NCBI GenBank assembly: GCA_016184225.1
Contig: JACPDA010000004.1
Location: 208,372-272,371 of the forward strand
Length of the DNA: 64,000 nucleotides
Direction of reading: 5' to 3'
From: Candidatus Daviesbacteria bacterium
Lineage (GTDB): Bacteria; Patescibacteriota; Microgenomatia; Daviesbacterales; UBA10151
Shown here piece by piece: positions 9,217-19,567 of this stretch (position 1 is the first letter of the stretch; every line of letters starts with the position of its first letter). A model generated the notes under the pieces. It did not search any database, was not told the origin of the DNA, and saw nothing but the letters and a program-made list of their open reading frames with translations. A program made the translations under genes and the position numbers.

Positions 9217-10935
9217 ATGAAAACGTTTAGACCTCAATTTTTGAATACACAAAATAAGACAAGCTTGACGCTTCGCGATAATAATCAACCACTGAGGATT
9301 ATTCCCTTAGGTGGTGTTGGTGATGTGACCAAAAACATGTATGTTTATGAGTGCGGCAATGACATCATTATTGTCGATTGCGGCGTGGGATTTCCTGATG
9401 ATGCTATGCCGGGCGTAGATTTGGTGATTCCGGATATTTCATACCTTAGGGATAAGATAAATAGGATCAGAGGAATTATTATTACCCATGGTCATGAGGA
9501 TCATATCGGCAGCTTGCCTTATATTTGGCCGGAGATTCAAGCTCCGATCTATACCCAAAGGTTAACAGCTGGATTTATCCGTGCCAAATTCACCGAACAC
9601 AATTTACCTAAGGAGAAAATTGTTGAAATGAAAATCGACCAAAAGTTAGATTTGGGTAATTTTAAAGTCTCTTTTTATCAAGTATCCCATTCAGTACCGG
9701 ACTCTACAGGAATAGTTATTAAGACGCCTCAGGGGACAATTATCCATCAGGCAGATTTTAAGATTGACTGGACACCAGTCTCCGGTCAGGTAACTGACGT
9801 AGGGACAGTGGCGAGGCTCGGCAGCGAGGGCGTACGGTTGCTTTTAATTGATTGTTTGCGGGTTGATAAGCCGGGTTTCAATAAGTCGGAAAAATCTATT
9901 GAGGATTCTTTTGAAAAAGCTGCACTGGAGACTCCGGGGAAACTTTTGATTACCATGACTTCATCGAATGTCTCCCGGATGCAGCAGGCGATTAATGTGG
10001 CAGCGAAACTGAATAGGAAAGTAGCAGTGGTGGGCCGTTCTTTTGAGAACAATTTTCAAGTGGCCAGGGATTTGGGATATTTATCAGTTCCGCCAGCGGT
10101 TATGATAGCTCCTGATGTAATTTCCTCATTTGCCCCTCAAAAACTTATGGTTTTAATTGCCGGGGCCCAGGGACAATCTGACTCATCTCTAGTAAGGGCA
10201 GCCAACGAGGAACACAAGCAAGTAATTTTAAAAGAGGGCGATAGTGTGGTATTTTCTGCTGACCCCATTCCTTCCACCGAATCTGCCCAAAGCGCCCTGA
10301 TTGATTCGCTCTCAAGACTGGGACTAAATGTTTACTATTCGGCTGTAACTTCTGATTTACATGTTTCCGGCCATGCGGCATTGGAGGAACTGCGGCTGAT
10401 GATCAATCTAATAAAACCGAAATCTTTATTCCCAATCGGTGGGACTTTTAGACATATGGAGGCTTTTTCTAAAATGGCTGTGGATATGGGTTATGATAAA
10501 AAACAACTTCTGGAAGCAGAAGATGGAGATATTTTAGAGATAAAGGGTGAAGACATAAAAATAACCGGTAAAGTTGATGTACAAAATGTCTATGTGGACG
10601 GCTTGGGGATTGGGGATATCGGGCATGTGGTCTTGCGGGACAGACAAAAAATGAGCGAAGAAGGAGTGGTAGTTGTGGTGGTATCAGTAGATCAGCATAC
10701 CGGTAAGTTGGTCTCGGAAGTGGATATTATTTCAAGGGGATTTGTATTTGAAGAGATGGCTAAAGAGCTGCTTTCTGAAGCAAAAACTGTAGTTAAGGAT
10801 GCTTTGCAAAAACACACCCACAAAACAGCCGACTGGCGCTTTATCAGGAGAATAATCGAAGATGCCTTGGATAAATTTTTCCATCAGGCCACTGAAAGAA
10901 GACCGTTAATACTATCGGTTGTAGTGGAGGTTTAA
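9217..10935 (+). CDS. rnj: Ribonuclease J (metallo-beta-lactamase / beta-CASP)
   Basis: HGHEDHIG motif, beta-CASP region, about 570 aa. Confidence 0.85.
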   Translation: MKTFRPQFLNTQNKTSLTLRDNNQPLRIIPLGGVGDVTKNMYVYECGNDIIIVDCGVGFPDDAMPGVDLVIPDISYLRDKINRIRGIIITHGHEDHIGSLPYIWPEIQAPIYTQRLTAGFIRAKFTEHNLPKEKIVEMKIDQKLDLGNFKVSFYQVSHSVPDSTGIVIKTPQGTIIHQADFKIDWTPVSGQVTDVGTVARLGSEGVRLLLIDCLRVDKPGFNKSEKSIEDSFEKAALETPGKLLITMTSSNVSRMQQAINVAAKLNRKVAVVGRSFENNFQVARDLGYLSVPPAVMIAPDVISSFAPQKLMVLIAGAQGQSDSSLVRAANEEHKQVILKEGDSVVFSADPIPSTESAQSALIDSLSRLGLNVYYSAVTSDLHVSGHAALEELRLMINLIKPKSLFPIGGTFRHMEAFSKMAVDMGYDKKQLLEAEDGDILEIKGEDIKITGKVDVQNVYVDGLGIGDIGHVVLRDRQKMSEEGVVVVVVSVDQHTGKLVSEVDIISRGFVFEEMAKELLSEAKTVVKDALQKHTHKTADWRFIRRIIEDALDKFFHQATERRPLILSVVVEV

Positions 10936-10947
10936 ACCCATAGTCTA

Positions 10948-10956
10948 TGGTATAAT
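10948..10956 (+). promoter_or_regulatory. Extended -10 (TGGTATAAT) placed so the TSS coincides with the ftsK ATG (leaderless)
   Basis: TATAAT 10951-10956, ATG at 10963. Confidence 0.5.
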
Positions 10957-10962
10957 TAAATT

Positions 10963-13062
10963 ATGGCAAGAAGAAGATCTATTTATAAATTACCGAAGTT
11001 TAAACTAAAACAAAAAACTATCACTGCGGTTGGTACACTGGTAGCTTTTGTTCTGGCTGTTTTATCAGTAGTAGCTATCCTGACTGATTCTCAAATCCTG
11101 GTATTTTGGAAAGATTTTTTAAAGATTTATTTAGGAGTAACCCAACTAGCGGCACCCATATTATTTTTCTTATCTGGATTAGTCTTGACGAAGGCCAGAT
11201 GGAAACTAGCACAAACTAATGTATTGCTGGGATTAGTATTGATAGTTTTGTCAACCGCTTCGTTAGTAGCAGCAGTTAAATTTGAAAACGGTGGTTTAAT
11301 TGGACAAACTTTATGGCTGCAACTTGCTTTCTTTGTGACCCCTTTGGGCGCAGTTGCGTTGCTTCTATTGGTTTTTGTGGTGGGTTTGGTGGTACTTTTT
11401 AATACCTCGCTGCAGCAGATTTTTAGTATTTTTGTTTGGTTTTTCAATACCCTGCAAAAGCTACTTAAACCAATTTTTAACAGGCAAAGGACTTTTGAGG
11501 CAAAACACATACCAATTAAAGTTTCTGGAGTAGATGACCGTCCAGGTCCGAGGCCTCAACCTATATCACATAAAGAACCGGCGATTGCCGATGTGCTGGT
11601 ACAAAACGTGGCCGGCCAAAGTAAAATTTGGAAATATCCATCCTTAAGCCTGCTTTCTGACAAGGTGGGCGCGGCAGCAGAAAGGGGCGATGTTAAAAAG
11701 AATGCGGATATTATCGAAAAGACTTTAGATTCATTCGGAATTGCCGCAGACGTTGCAGAAGTAAACGGCGGACCGGCAGTAACTCAATATGCCTTAAGAA
11801 TCTCGGCTGGAACTAAGATTTCAAAAATTGCTAATTTACAACACGATATTGCTTTGGCGCTAGCTACCCCCACCGGAACTGTCAGGATTGAAGCTCCTAT
11901 TCCCGGAAAATCTTTGGTAGGTATTGAAGTTCCGAATCGGTCTTTGGAAATAGTGGGCTTAAAACAGGTTTTGGCGTCAGATGAGATGCAGAAGCATAAA
12001 TCGAGATTGGCGGTTGTTTTAGGTCGGGATACTTCTTCTAAACCAATGATAGTGGATGTAGATAGAATGCCACATGTTTTAATTGCCGGGACAACCGGAT
12101 CCGGTAAGTCGGTATTGATTAATGCGGTTATTGCTTCCCTACTTTTTAGAAATTCACCGGACCAGTTGAAAATGATTTTGATTGATCCGAAAAGAGTGGA
12201 GTTAACAAATTATAACGGGATTCCCCATCTTTTGACTCCGGTTATTACCGAGCCGGAGAAGATTTTATCTTCTTTGAAGTGGGCTATGGCAGAGATGGAC
12301 AGGCGTTATAAATTATTTCAATCCGTGGGTGTCAGAAATATCAGCGGTTATAACGAAATGTCAGGCTTTCAGGCGCTGCCTTATATTGTGATTATTGTTG
12401 ATGAACTGGCGGACCTAATGATGTTTGCACCGGTCGAGATTGAGGATGCTATTACCAGGATTGCCCAACTGGCCCGGGCCACTGGGATTCATTTGGTGGT
12501 AGCTACCCAGCGGCCTTCTGTTGATGTTATCACCGGATTAATTAAAGCCAATATCCCCTGCCGGATTGCTTTTAATGTTTCCTCCATGATTGACTCGCGG
12601 GTAATTTTGGACGGGCCGGGGGCAGAAAAACTTCTTGGAAGAGGAGACATGCTGTTTTTGCCGCCTGATGCTTCCAAGCCGATGCGTATCCAGGGAGTGT
12701 TTGTCCAGGATGATGAGATCAATAATTTAATTAAATACTTAAAGTCAACCGGGATTGCCCCACAGTATACGGCTGAGGTAGTAGAGATGCCACTGGGTAG
12801 ATGGGGCACAAGAGGAGGTAACGGATCTGATCGGGACGAGCTTTTTGAGGAAGCAGTGAGGACTATTTGTCAATATGACCGGGCTTCGGCTTCACTGCTA
12901 CAGAGAAGGCTCAAGGTGGGTTATGCCAGGGCAGCCAGGATTCTGGATGAGCTGGAGGCAGCAGGAATAGTTGGACCGGGAGAAGGTAGCAAACCCCGGG
13001 ATGTGCTGGTCAGAAATGCCGACGACTATTTTGCCCAACAAGTAACCACTTCGGAGACTTGA
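10963..13062 (+). CDS. ftsK: DNA translocase FtsK/SpoIIIE
   Basis: N-terminal TM segments, Walker A GTTGSGKSV, C-terminal winged-helix gamma domain (LLQRRLKVGYARAARILDELE). Confidence 0.85.
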   Translation: MARRRSIYKLPKFKLKQKTITAVGTLVAFVLAVLSVVAILTDSQILVFWKDFLKIYLGVTQLAAPILFFLSGLVLTKARWKLAQTNVLLGLVLIVLSTASLVAAVKFENGGLIGQTLWLQLAFFVTPLGAVALLLLVFVVGLVVLFNTSLQQIFSIFVWFFNTLQKLLKPIFNRQRTFEAKHIPIKVSGVDDRPGPRPQPISHKEPAIADVLVQNVAGQSKIWKYPSLSLLSDKVGAAAERGDVKKNADIIEKTLDSFGIAADVAEVNGGPAVTQYALRISAGTKISKIANLQHDIALALATPTGTVRIEAPIPGKSLVGIEVPNRSLEIVGLKQVLASDEMQKHKSRLAVVLGRDTSSKPMIVDVDRMPHVLIAGTTGSGKSVLINAVIASLLFRNSPDQLKMILIDPKRVELTNYNGIPHLLTPVITEPEKILSSLKWAMAEMDRRYKLFQSVGVRNISGYNEMSGFQALPYIVIIVDELADLMMFAPVEIEDAITRIAQLARATGIHLVVATQRPSVDVITGLIKANIPCRIAFNVSSMIDSRVILDGPGAEKLLGRGDMLFLPPDASKPMRIQGVFVQDDEINNLIKYLKSTGIAPQYTAEVVEMPLGRWGTRGGNGSDRDELFEEAVRTICQYDRASASLLQRRLKVGYARAARILDELEAAGIVGPGEGSKPRDVLVRNADDYFAQQVTTSET

Positions 13063-13087
13063 CTTTCATTATACTTCATGTACATTT

Positions 13088-13096
13088 GGTACAATT
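13088..13096 (+). promoter_or_regulatory. Extended -10 (TGGTACAAT), 6 nt before the tsaC ATG (leaderless)
   Basis: TACAAT 13091-13096, ATG at 13103. Confidence 0.45.
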
Positions 13097-13102
13097 GAGC
13101 GG

Positions 13103-13717
13103 ATGAAAGCGCTAGATTTAACTTTTGAAGACACAGATCAAATTATAAAGCCTTTAAAGGTTGGTGAAATCGGAGTGATACCGACGGATACTATTTATGG
13201 AATTGTCGGGTCGGCTCTCAATCCGAAAGCTGTTGAGAGAATCTACACATTACGAAAACGGGGAAAAGATAAACCTTTTATTATTTTAATTTCCTCTATT
13301 GATGATTTGAAAAATTTTGAAGTTAAGTTAACCAGAGAACAAAAAGATTTTCTGGAAAAAAACTGGCCCAACCCTTTAAGTGTTGTTTTATCAGTTAGGT
13401 CTGACAGATTTCAGTTTCTTCACAGAGGTAAAAATTCATTAGCCTTTAGGATGCCGAAAGATGAGAAATTATTGGAACTACTAAAACAGACCGGCCCCCT
13501 AGTTGCGCCTTCTGCCAATCTTGCAGGATTAAAACCGGTAGAGACAACAAAGGAGGCAAAAAAATATTTTGGCAGCAAGGTAGCTTTTTATCTGGATGGG
13601 GGAAAATTGAAGTCAAAACCATCAACGATTATTCAGTTATATGAAGATGGTACACAGATAATTTTAAGAAGAGGCAAAAGCAGGCCGGGTATTGCCGAAC
13701 GGACTGGTAGAGTCTGA
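13103..13717 (+). CDS. tsaC: L-threonylcarbamoyladenylate synthase (YrdC/Sua5 family)
   Basis: YrdC-like N-terminus TDTIYGIVGSALNPKAVERIYTLKRG..PFIILI. Confidence 0.8.
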   Translation: MKALDLTFEDTDQIIKPLKVGEIGVIPTDTIYGIVGSALNPKAVERIYTLRKRGKDKPFIILISSIDDLKNFEVKLTREQKDFLEKNWPNPLSVVLSVRSDRFQFLHRGKNSLAFRMPKDEKLLELLKQTGPLVAPSANLAGLKPVETTKEAKKYFGSKVAFYLDGGKLKSKPSTIIQLYEDGTQIILRRGKSRPGIAERTGRV

Positions 13718-14230
13718 GGGTGTTCGATGGTTCTGCAGATCAGGAGCAGCTTCGAGGGGAATATCAGCTGGGCTTGAAACTAATTTCTCAAGAGCCTGGT
13801 CAATCGGCGCCATCACTTCTTTGAATCTTTTCTCTTCTGCCTCTTTTCTTTTTCTCTCAATTTGGGTTTCAGCTACGGTTTTAAACTTTGCGAATTGGTC
13901 CTCTGTTATATGTATGTAAGCTAAAATTACTTTCTCAGTGCACCCTTCATTAATAGATTTTAAATTGTTAAATAATAAAACATAAAAATCTTTGCCTGTA
14001 TCCGCCTGCTTACTGTGGCTTACTTCTACCTCGTAATCTTTTAAGTCCAGGCGGTAATGATCCTGCAGCGAGGTGGGGTCGAATTTAGCAAGGTCGGTGT
14101 GTGAAACTATTAGTTTATCTTCATTAATTAATTCAATCAGTTGATTGAGATAAAGGTCAGCTTTCTCCGAGCCGCCACTAGGAGGCGGCAGAAGCGAGGT
14201 ATCGTCTTGCGAGAGGCTTTGGTTGGACAT
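13664..14230 (-). CDS. Hypothetical protein (188 aa), convergent with tsaC and overlapping its 3' end by 54 nt
   Basis: Long ORF with coiled-coil-like middle; divergent from the 14292 gene; no recognised motif. Confidence 0.4.
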   Translation of the reverse strand: MSNQSLSQDDTSLLPPPSGGSEKADLYLNQLIELINEDKLIVSHTDLAKFDPTSLQDHYRLDLKDYEVEVSHSKQADTGKDFYVLLFNNLKSINEGCTEKVILAYIHITEDQFAKFKTVAETQIERKRKEAEEKRFKEVMAPIDQALEKLVSSPADIPLEAAPDLQNHRTPSDSTSPFGNTRPAFASS

Positions 14231-14276
14231 TAGCTGTATCTTAAGAAGTTAATGTCTTTATGTCAACAGGTCATTT

Positions 14277-14285
14277 TGGTAAAAT
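14277..14285 (+). promoter_or_regulatory. Extended -10 (TGGTAAAAT), 6 nt before the ATG at 14292 (leaderless)
   Basis: TAAAAT 14280-14285. Confidence 0.45.
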
Positions 14286-14291
14286 TCGTAC

Positions 14292-14933
14292 ATGCGGACA
14301 GTTGGGCAGATTTTAAAAGAGGAAAGGGAAAAAAAGCTTTTTACTTTAGATGAAATTGAAAAGGCTACGAAGATCCGTAAAGAACTGCTTGAAGCGCTGG
14401 AAGCAGGCCAATATGCTAAACTGCCGCCTCCAACATTTGTCCAAGGGTTTATTAGAAATTACGGTAGATTTTTAAAGTTAGACCCGGAAAAACTCCTGGC
14501 AATATTTAGAAGGGAGTTTTCCGAAGGAAAGCATCCACCCAGAATTCTGGAGACTTTTAGTAACCCGGTGGATAAAAAAAGATTTAAGCTGACTCCCTCC
14601 CGAGCTTTGGGAGGAGTGGTTTTGACTTTAATAATCATCTTCTTTGTTTATCTTTGGTTTGAATATAGGTTTTTGGTAGGGGGTCCGTTTTTGGAAGTAA
14701 GAGAGCCTGTGAACCAATTTAATACCAGCTCTCCGACTGTTTTGGTGACAGGCAGGACTGATCCTGAGGCAAAATTGAGTATCAACAACCAAGAGATTGG
14801 GGTAGATCCTTCAGGCAAATTCTCCCAAGAAATCAAACTGGCTGACGATATCAATACTATTGAAATAGCTGCCGTATCAAAAAGCGGTAATGTAACCAAA
14901 GTTGAAAGAACGGTTTTTTTCAAACAGAAATGA
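14292..14933 (+). CDS. Helix-turn-helix domain membrane protein, RodZ-like
   Basis: N-terminal HTH (LTLDEIEKATKIRKELLEALEAG), central TM segment, extracytoplasmic C-terminus. Confidence 0.55.
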   Translation: MRTVGQILKEEREKKLFTLDEIEKATKIRKELLEALEAGQYAKLPPPTFVQGFIRNYGRFLKLDPEKLLAIFRREFSEGKHPPRILETFSNPVDKKRFKLTPSRALGGVVLTLIIIFFVYLWFEYRFLVGGPFLEVREPVNQFNTSSPTVLVTGRTDPEAKLSINNQEIGVDPSGKFSQEIKLADDINTIEIAAVSKSGNVTKVERTVFFKQK

Positions 14934-14966
14934 CAGATTGGTAAGGTTATGCTATATTAAAAACCC

Positions 14967-15257
14967 ATGGATTTTTTGCAAGTAGCCCTTATATTCTTAA
15001 TACTACTTTTATCAATTTTTTTAAGTATTACGGGAATCCAAGTATTTTTCATTTTGCGTGATTTAAAAAGGGCTTTGGATCAATTTAATGCAATCTTGCA
15101 AACAGGTGAAAATATCGCGCAGGATTTGGAAAAGCCGGTGGCAGTAGCAAGCAAGTTGGCAACGAGTGCGGAAGTAGGAGTTGCTGCCGGAGTAGCGAAG
15201 GTGCTGCAAAAGATCATTAAACCCAAACCAAAAAGATTCTATAAAAAGGTGCTTTAA
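14967..15257 (+). CDS. Small membrane protein, hypothetical
   Basis: 96-aa ORF with N-terminal TM helix, K-rich tail. Confidence 0.4.
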   Translation: MDFLQVALIFLILLLSIFLSITGIQVFFILRDLKRALDQFNAILQTGENIAQDLEKPVAVASKLATSAEVGVAAGVAKVLQKIIKPKPKRFYKKVL

Positions 15258-15314
15258 ACTGTCATTCTGAACGAAGTGAAGAATCTCTAGGCTTGTTCTA
15301 GATACATCTTTCTT

Positions 15315-15352
15315 CACGCTTTTGACCGCAAAAGCGTGGTAAAACTCTTTTT
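15315..15352 (+). terminator. Perfect 10-bp stem-loop (CACGCTTTTG-ACCG-CAAAAGCGTG) followed after a short gap by a U-tract; possible terminator after the 14967 gene
   Basis: Stem 15315-15338, TCTTTTT 15346-15352. Confidence 0.35.
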
Positions 15353-15494
15353 GCTGAAAGTCGAGCTACTCGTCAGATTTTGCTGATCGGGGGCTCACCC
15401 CCTCGGAAATTCACTAATCGTTCAGTTTCCGGTTCCCCCTGATATCAAAATCCTCCTCGTTTTACGCTCTTTGTTTCTAAGCAAAAATTTAGGA

Positions 15495-15500
15495 TATAAT
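15495..15500 (+). promoter_or_regulatory. -10 TATAAT, 6 nt before the alaS ATG at 15507 (leaderless)
   Basis: aggaTATAATaccttcATG. Confidence 0.45.
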
Positions 15501-15506
15501 ACCTTC

Positions 15507-17366
15507 ATGACATCTCAAGAGTTAAGGTTAAAATTCATTAACTTTTTCAAGAATCATTCTGATTTGCCGCATCAGGAAATTTCTTCTGCCTCTTTAGTGC
15601 CTTCTGAGGAAGAGCAATTGGTTGGCAAGGAGAAAGTTTTATTTACTAGTGCCGGAATGCAACCCTTAATCCCCTATCTCACAGGACAAAAAGAACCGCC
15701 TAGTAAAAGACTGGTTGATGTCCAAAAATGTCTGAGGACTGATGATATTGAAGAGGTGGGAGATGAGGTTCATCATACCTTCTTTGAGATGTTGGGTAAT
15801 TGGTCTATAGGTGATTATTGGAAAGAAGGGGCCATCAAATTATCTTTTGAGTTTCTAACAAAGGAATTGGAGATACCAATAGAAAAGCTTGCTATTACTG
15901 TTTTTGCCGGAGACGGCGATGCGCCAAAAGACGAAGAGTCAGCTGGAGTCTGGAAAAGTTTAGGGATTCCAGAAGATAGAATATTCTATTTTGGCAAGAG
16001 TCATAACTGGTGGCCGACTGGTGAAAAATCTGGTTTGTGTGGCCCGGATACGGAAATGTTTTATTGGATAGGTGAGGGCGGACCGGAAGGAAAACCTAAT
16101 GAAGATTCAAGATGGGTAGAAATTTGGAATGATGTTTTTATGCAATTTAATAGGAAAGAGGACGGCAGCTTAGAGAATCTGCCACAGAGAAATGTGGATA
16201 CAGGTATGGGCTTAGAAAGAACACTGGCTGCTCTAAATGGAAAGAAAAGTGACTATGAAACTGATTTGTTTGAGCCAATTATTAAAGAAATTGAAAAATC
16301 AAAAAATAATTATTCAGAAAGATCTAAGCGGATTATTGCAGATCATTTAAAAGCTGCAGTTTTTTTAATGGCTGAGGGAATTAAATCGCAATCCAATGAT
16401 CCGAGGGGTTCTGTTTTAGCGCGATTACTCTCCGGGGCGATTACTCAAAACAATCAACTACTAGAAGACTATGTAGTGCAAAAGATTATAGATACCGCCA
16501 TCAATATATACGAAGAAAAATATCAAGAACTGAAAGAAAATAAAGAAACGATCCATGAATTTATGGCAGAGGCATATCGATTGATAAAAGAGAAAAGTTC
16601 TCCAGACGAACTCAGAGAAAAGATGTTAGCTAAATTTACACCTGATACTCCGATAACGACAGCATCAGGTAATGCAGGAAATATAGCTTTTGACTACCAT
16701 CAAAGAATGGGTACACCACAACCGATTATATTTGGAACAGCGTCTGAATTGATTCAGCAGGTTGGGTTAGAAATGGACAATTTTAAAAAGGGATACGAAG
16801 AGGCGTTTCGGCAACATCAACAAGTATCTAAAGGCGTAGAGGCAGGTAAATTTAAAGGTGGTCTAGCAGACCAATCTGAGGTAGTTACCAAATATCACAC
16901 CGCTACTCATTTACTTCACCAGGCTTTAAGAGATGTTTTGGGGCCGGAGGTGTTTCAGAAAGGATCTAATATCACCTCTGAGCGGCTGCGGTTTGATTTT
17001 TCTTTTGAGCGCAAGATGACGGAGGAAGAAATAAAAGAGGTGGAAGATATTATTAACAAAAAAATTACAGAGGATCTAAGGGTTGACCGTAAGATCGTCA
17101 GTCCGACTGAGGCCAAAAACATGGGCGCTATTGGGCTTTTTGATGAAAAGTACGGTAGTGAAGTCAGTATTTATGGAGTTGGGCCGGGATATAATTTGGA
17201 CCCCAAAGCAAAAGACCAAAGAGAAAGAAATGGATATTATTCCCTGGAATTTTGCGGCGGTCCCCATGTTGAGGCAACTGCCGTGATTGGGAAAATAGAA
17301 ATTATCAAAGAAGAGGCTGTGTCTGCCGGTATCCGCCGAATCAGGGCACAAATTGTGTTAAAATAA
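15507..17366 (+). CDS. alaS: Alanine--tRNA ligase (short form)
   Basis: FTSAGM and HHTFFEMLGNWSIGDYWK class II motifs; editing-domain Zn motifs TATHLLHQAL and CGGPHV; start moved from the 15471 track ORF to Met13 because of the -10 spacing. Confidence 0.85.
   Translation: MTSQELRLKFINFFKNHSDLPHQEISSASLVPSEEEQLVGKEKVLFTSAGMQPLIPYLTGQKEPPSKRLVDVQKCLRTDDIEEVGDEVHHTFFEMLGNWSIGDYWKEGAIKLSFEFLTKELEIPIEKLAITVFAGDGDAPKDEESAGVWKSLGIPEDRIFYFGKSHNWWPTGEKSGLCGPDTEMFYWIGEGGPEGKPNEDSRWVEIWNDVFMQFNRKEDGSLENLPQRNVDTGMGLERTLAALNGKKSDYETDLFEPIIKEIEKSKNNYSERSKRIIADHLKAAVFLMAEGIKSQSNDPRGSVLARLLSGAITQNNQLLEDYVVQKIIDTAINIYEEKYQELKENKETIHEFMAEAYRLIKEKSSPDELREKMLAKFTPDTPITTASGNAGNIAFDYHQRMGTPQPIIFGTASELIQQVGLEMDNFKKGYEEAFRQHQQVSKGVEAGKFKGGLADQSEVVTKYHTATHLLHQALRDVLGPEVFQKGSNITSERLRFDFSFERKMTEEEIKEVEDIINKKITEDLRVDRKIVSPTEAKNMGAIGLFDEKYGSEVSIYGVGPGYNLDPKAKDQRERNGYYSLEFCGGPHVEATAVIGKIEIIKEEAVSAGIRRIRAQIVLK
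17356..17364 (+). promoter_or_regulatory. Extended -10 (TGTTAAAAT) inside the alaS 3' end, 7 nt before the ATG at 17372
   Basis: TAAAAT 17359-17364. Confidence 0.35.
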
Positions 17367-17371
17367 TTCAT

Positions 17372-19567
17372 ATGAGCTTCCTTGATAAAATAACAGCCTT
17401 TTTACCGTTTCGGGAAAGGCAAGAAAGTAAAGAATATTTTTTTGCCACAAACATCGGTACTGAAAATCTCACGGCAGCTTTGTGGGGTATCGAAGGTAAA
17501 GAACTTAAGATTTTATCAATAGCTTCGGAAAATTATTCCTCAAATGACGAGATTGTTGCGGTTACAGATAAGCTCTTGGATCAAGTTTTAGGTTTAAAAG
17601 AGATCGAACCCCAAAAAATCCTTTTTGGGGTGCCTGCTTCCTGGCTAATAGATGACAATTTAAAAGATGAGTACTTAAAAATACTCCGAGTTTTGGTGAA
17701 AGAACTGGAGCTTACTCCGATGGCTTATGTAGCGACCAGTAATGCCATAGCGCATTTTTTGGAAAAACAGGATGGTATTCCCACAACTGCTATTTTGATT
17801 GGGTTTGAGAAACTTCATTTAACAGTTACAGTAGTCAGGGCAGGTAAAATTGATGGGGTAAAGGTTATTAAAAGAGGAGAAACTGCAGGTTCAGATATAG
17901 AAAAAGCACTACTCACATTTATTGATGTTGAAACGTTGCCTTCTAAGATTTTAATTTACGGTACGGCATCTTCCGAATTAAAATCTCAACTATTATCTTT
18001 TCCCTGGATGTCTAAACTATCATTCTTGCACCTGCCAAAGATAGAGGTACTGGAGCAAGACTTGGAAATTAAAAGTATATGCTTGGCCGGAGGATCAGAA
18101 CTTAATCCCGCTATCTCTTTTATAGACCATTCTCAGCAAAGAAAGATAGAAAAAGCAGTAGTTATTGATGAAGAGGATCTAAAAGAGCCAGAAAGTCAGG
18201 TGGTTAGAAAACCAAAGAGTGAAGTTAATTCTGAAAAAGAAAATCTCGGTTTTGTAGTTGGAGACGTAGAAAGTCAGATTAAGTCAGAATACAAAGAAAC
18301 TGATGATTTGCCGGAAGACCTTAAGTTAGAGCAGCCCCAGGAGGAAGAGTTGGCAATCTCCAAAGAGCGCCCTTTAGAGATTGAAGATTTTGAAACAGAT
18401 AAGAAGAATGATTGGAAGCAATTAATTCCCAAAAGCCTTACAACCCCTATTTTACTTTTTGGAATAGTTCTGAGTTTGGCTTTAGTGCTAGGTACTTATA
18501 TTTTGTTGCCTAAGGCAAATGTAAAGATTTTTGTAGAACCAAAGGTGCTGGAGAAAGATGCAGAGGTTATAGCCGACCCTAATCAAAAGGCAGTCGATGA
18601 AGATGCCAAAATCATTCCGGGGCAAACAGTCGAAACAGAGGTGTCAGGTTCTGCCAAAGACAATGCTTCCGGTAAAAGACAAATCGGCGATCCGGCCAAG
18701 GGGACTATTGTAATTTATAATAAAACTCTAAGTCCGCAGGTATTGAGTAAGGGGACTAGTATCAGTAGTGGAGGCATAAAGTTTACCCTGGATACCAGTG
18801 CAACCATAGCTTCGCAGTCAGCTAGCGATAGCGGGATTACTTTTGGCAAAGCAAATACTACAGTTACTGCTGCTTCAATCGGAGCTGACGGAAATTTACC
18901 TTCCGGATCGGATTTTACCATTGCAGGTTATTCATCTGATAAATTAGCTGCTAAATCCGAGGGTAACCTTTCCGGGGGTACATCTAAAGACGTGACTGTT
19001 GTCTCCAGTGAAGATCAACAAAGATTACTTGCTAAATTATCCTCTGACTTGAGACAGCAAGCTCAACAAAAGCTGCAGGAAAAATTCCCCAATAAAAAAA
19101 TCTTGCAGGAAGCGCTCTCAGAACAGGTTACCCGTAAAAGCTATAATAAAAATATTAACGATCAAGCCAGCGAATTCGCCCTCAATATGACTATTCGCTA
19201 TAAAGGCACTGCATTTGAGGATAAAGATCTTAAATTGATTGTCTCCAAGTTAGTCACTACACAGGTTCCAGACGGTTTTCAACTTGATCTTTCAGAGACA
19301 GAAACTCAAGCCGATGTTTCAAAATTGGAAAAAGACGGCAAGTTAATATTTTTGGCAAGATTTAAAGCAAAGATGATACCGCAAGTTGATAAAGATAAAA
19401 TTAGAAATCAGATAAAATTCAAGACTCCAGCTGAGGTGGCAAATCTATTAAAAGGCATGGATAATATTCTAGGTTCTGAAATTAGTTGGACTCCGAAAAT
19501 ACCAAAAGCATTAGAGCGTCTGCCTATTTTATCAAAAAATATCAAAATCGAGGTTGGGCTTAAATGA
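17372..19567 (+). CDS. PilM-like actin-fold domain fused to TM segment and large extracytoplasmic domain (possible type IV pilus PilM-PilN/O fusion)
   Basis: N-terminal 350 aa collinear with PilM/FtsA-like blocks (IGTENLTAAL.., ILFGVPASW, TAILIGFEKLHLTVTVV, KRGETAGSDIEKAL); TM about aa 355-380; Ser/Thr-rich exterior. Confidence 0.45.
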   Translation: MSFLDKITAFLPFRERQESKEYFFATNIGTENLTAALWGIEGKELKILSIASENYSSNDEIVAVTDKLLDQVLGLKEIEPQKILFGVPASWLIDDNLKDEYLKILRVLVKELELTPMAYVATSNAIAHFLEKQDGIPTTAILIGFEKLHLTVTVVRAGKIDGVKVIKRGETAGSDIEKALLTFIDVETLPSKILIYGTASSELKSQLLSFPWMSKLSFLHLPKIEVLEQDLEIKSICLAGGSELNPAISFIDHSQQRKIEKAVVIDEEDLKEPESQVVRKPKSEVNSEKENLGFVVGDVESQIKSEYKETDDLPEDLKLEQPQEEELAISKERPLEIEDFETDKKNDWKQLIPKSLTTPILLFGIVLSLALVLGTYILLPKANVKIFVEPKVLEKDAEVIADPNQKAVDEDAKIIPGQTVETEVSGSAKDNASGKRQIGDPAKGTIVIYNKTLSPQVLSKGTSISSGGIKFTLDTSATIASQSASDSGITFGKANTTVTAASIGADGNLPSGSDFTIAGYSSDKLAAKSEGNLSGGTSKDVTVVSSEDQQRLLAKLSSDLRQQAQQKLQEKFPNKKILQEALSEQVTRKSYNKNINDQASEFALNMTIRYKGTAFEDKDLKLIVSKLVTTQVPDGFQLDLSETETQADVSKLEKDGKLIFLARFKAKMIPQVDKDKIRNQIKFKTPAEVANLLKGMDNILGSEISWTPKIPKALERLPILSKNIKIEVGLK

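Noticed and set aside
13692-13919. 75-aa + strand ORF inside the minus-strand 13664-14230 gene
   Set aside because: Short, overlapping a longer more protein-like ORF on the opposite strand
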